From: Eukaryota sp. GEM-RC1
Taxonomy: Eukaryota
DNA: 64,000 nt
Assembly (NCBI GenBank): GCA_040285855.1
Contig: JAUFOQ010000013.1
Span: 186,001-250,000 of the forward strand
Direction of reading: 5' to 3'
A program made the position numbers and the translations under genes. The notes beneath the pieces are model-generated. The model worked only from the letters and a program-made list of their open reading frames with translations, had not been told where the DNA came from and ran no database searches. This document shows, piece by piece, positions 60,761 through 64,000 of this stretch (its first letter is position 1; each line of letters opens with the position of its first letter).

Positions 60761-63700
60761 TTGTAGGCCACAGGTGTTAATACGTAACAGTGTTCTAGTA
60801 CCAATTTGGTATTTCAAGACACTTATACTTACCACATGTCCAATACAGGTAACAATCTACTACTACTATATTGTGTTAAGCATAACAGTGATATCAACAT
60901 GGAGTATTTAAGAAAACAATTAGCACATTCGAAGTACAAAACCAAAACTTTCAATTAGTGCTACGTATTTGAAGTGAATTTTCATATGCATATGGATTGT
61001 TCTGTCACTTTGCAGAAAGTGTGTGAATAGAAATCAGAATCGAAAGTTCATTCTTTTTAGAGAAGATCTGCGGTAATGTTAGAAGTAATCGCTGAGAAGT
61101 CCAGGAACTACTGTAGTGATGGTAATTGTAAGAATTGCAGGATTCCTGAACATGCAACGTAAATGTTCCGTATCGTTGTGATTTTAGACCTGCCGTACGT
61201 ACGGTACATGTACCGGTACTGTACTTTTGACGGACTAAAATATATTAACACCACAGTATTCTCTATATATTTTCTCGCTTCTGGGAACACAATCAACCGA
61301 GAAGATATACAATTATGTTAAAGACCGAAATATTACATATGGTAATTTACTCAATGTCAATCACATGTGCTTCATTTGTAAAGTACTAACGTGACTAAAG
61401 CTTCTTTGTCTCAATTCTCCAATTCTTAATTCCTCCAACTCACGATCAACTTCATCCAAAACGTATAACGAGGCGTGTTTTGAGGAAAAGTTGACAGGAA
61501 CATAGGATTGCAAAGCTCTCAGAGCATCATGTATTTCGGTTATAAAGACTTCAGCTTGTGTTTGCCACAATCACATCGTCAGTTATTTTCATCAGTGACA
61601 AGTTATTTCCACAAAGAAAACAAGAAGTGCATCTAGTTCCGGATATGTGAATGTTTGTGTCTTTTCTGCAGATTGTGATAAGTTCTTTTCTAGTGTAAAT
61701 GTTGTTTCAAGAAGTTTTCGTTTGAGTATCTTTACATAGTTGTTCGGTGAGAAGATATATGAAAATTGAAGCTTTCTTTGGTCTACAAGACTAGATGTTT
61801 TTAAAGTGTATTTTTATCAGCTACCAACTAAACTCTTCCATACATCTAATAATCAGACAATTCATCCCAAAGCAATCGTTGTCCAGTTCCTGCCTTTCCA
61901 AGTTCAAATGTTTCAACTCAAACTTGAGAAGAGGACCAGTCTCCTAGTGAATCAACCACCACATTCAAAGTGGATTCATTGGCAACTTCCTTTTTGATTC
62001 TCTTAAATCAACCGACTGGAGGCAAAGGCAAGCCCCAATTAAATCGCCCTCCAGTCGCAATGACTACTCTAATCAAAAACAACCAGTCAAAAGTATTCAA
62101 GACAGTGGAAAGGATTGTTGTCGAAGTACCAGAACTTCAAGGAAACACATTTCCAATTTCTATGGACTTGAAGAATAGTTAAAGCACTACCCTTCGTATT
62201 GCAGAGATTCACAAGAGTAGAGGAGTCAATAGGAAAATGCCGATGGAGAAGCGTGTCGATTTAAAGGTATTAGTAATGGCAGCATTTGTGAATTACATGT
62301 TGTTCCCACCAATTTTACTTTTATCAATTTAACTATGTATCTGTCACAGCACAAGTAGAAAAAGCATCTGTGTGCAGAAGAAGAAGTAAGAAGTGAGAGA
62401 CTCTCACCGTTAAAACCCGTTTTTAAAGGAACAAAGCATCAAGACATCAAGTTTATTGTCGTTTGTATCGAACGAATACAAAGATGGTTTCATAAGCTGA
62501 GCCATGGAAGAGAAAGGTTGGGTGGAGTAGATTGTGTAACAAGATTATTGTGTAACAAGTTGTGAATTTAGGTTGTCTCTTGATTAATTACCAAACACAA
62601 TAAAACACATAAAACTTCTTTTGTTTTCTTGAACAAGAGAAATTAAAGAAAAAAGTACTATGTCATAAGAAATACCAGAACAATCCATATAAATACGAAA
62701 ATAATGTAGTACATCTAAACAAAGACAAATGTAAAACTTGTAACAATTGCTATTCTCGATCCAATAGTCATTTGGAAGTTCAATTTTGGAACTTTTTTTT
62801 GGAACTAAAGCATGCAGTAAATCTTTGTTTTGAAATGTTTAATTTGCTTACATTTACAAATATATCTATATTTATCCGATGTTTCTAGTCTTCACCAGTC
62901 CTTTCTACTGTTACTACAATTTCAAACAGTTTACTATCTCTTAGTTTTGAGATGATAGAGGAGACTCTAGAAGTATAGAACAACATACATGTACCATGTT
63001 AAAACGCCATGACAACAAACCGTAACCATAAATTGTCAGAACATTATGAACACATACCAAGCTTGTATTTCAAATTGGATTTCAAAGTAGTCATGGCATA
63101 TAATTGATGTCAACAACGCAAAGAAATACATTACCACAATCCTCACGTCAACAGTGTAGTTAAATCAGCTTTATTACCAATAGACTTAGGATCTTCAGCC
63201 GTTAGAGTTGATTGCTCTGTAGGGAAATCATTTCTAACCTGATCCAGAACTCCTTTACAAACTCGATTAGCCCAGAAGTAATCAACTTCCCTATTCATTG
63301 ACCTTTTTACAGCACAATGTCAGTACTTCGTTTCGAGTCCACGAGTACTTGTAAAATAGACGACGACTGTCTTGCTAAATCCAACAATATTTGAAAAGAC
63401 GTATGTTGAATTGGAATGAATCGAATTAAAGTCAAAAGTGAGATCCACGAAACTCAATAATAGTTTAGTTAGAGGCTCGAAAAACTGTCTGGCCGTACGT
63501 AGTTCAGTATGAGAAATATCGTCAGATTCAGAATATACTAGTATATCTCACAAGGGTAACAATATTGAGCTAGGATTTACACGAACAAAACCCAAATTCT
63601 CTAGTTCAAAATCACTTATAAAATGGGTAATAAATGTCAAAAACGAAGTATTGTTTGAGAACAAAGACTCCCCGTAGAACCCACAAACAATTCTGTTTGA

Positions 63701-63789
63701 AGGAGGAAGCGTATTAAAAAAGGTTAGGGTAAGTGTTGTTTATCGGAAACATACTTCACCTGCAATAGGAGAAAGTTCGTCACTTTGAG

Positions 63790-64000
63790 AAATAAGAACA
63801 GTACCACATTGATTAAGGTTGATTGAAATTACCGACAATATGATCACGTGAGGTCGAAAAAACAGTAATTACGGGGTAATCATCGGTTTCATTCATGACT
63901 ACGGATAACGGCGCTAAACCCAGGAGTATGACAAAACTTTTCAATAGTTATGTTATTCAACGTGTAACAACCTTCACCTCTACCATTCTCACCAAAGCCA
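63790..64000 (-). pseudogene. PPP-family Ser/Thr protein phosphatase C-terminal fragment, disrupted
   Basis: My translation: GFGENGRGEGCYTLNNITIEKFCHTPGFSAVIRSHE*, then VITVFSTSRDH after a frameshift. Matches the RG.G / IRxHE / TVFS motifs of PPP phosphatases. Confidence 0.75.

Noticed and set aside
63720..63732. Telomeric TTAGGG
   Set aside because: Single occurrence, no array.
61300..63780. Genes in the right-hand region
   Set aside because: Only short broken frames without recognisable motifs; probably decayed coding DNA that I cannot identify.

Overview
AT-rich eukaryotic (probably protist) DNA made mostly of decayed mobile elements, with no intact housekeeping genes, rRNA, tRNA or CRISPR. 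(1) Bases 1-5350 hold two adjacent, apparently intronless, broken minus-strand genes: an RNase II/R (RNB) exoribonuclease and a ~3.5-kb AEP-primase/SF3-helicase of the D5 type found in large DNA viruses. This looks like a decayed endogenous viral element. Short fragments of the same primase gene recur at ~10970 and ~33410. (2) Bases 5450-8650 carry host-like genes, including a DEDDy 3'-5' exonuclease. (3) Bases 8750-11950 are nested transposons, including two hAT derivatives with 8-bp target-site duplications (TSDs). (4) Bases ~12500-56780 are three tandem copies of a ~13-kb unit; the middle copy keeps an extra 5.2 kb that includes a near-intact DD30D pogo element. Each unit has a ~2.3-kb repeat ('X') as an inverted pair around orphan genes, a kinase pseudogene, a MuDR pseudogene and a hAT remnant. 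X copies are mosaics of two subtypes. One orphan gene hides an RGG tail in the -1 frame under an apparent poly-Val tract. (5) The right end has more orphans, a seventh X copy and a PPP-phosphatase pseudogene fragment. All calls rest on motifs read by eye; no searches were run.
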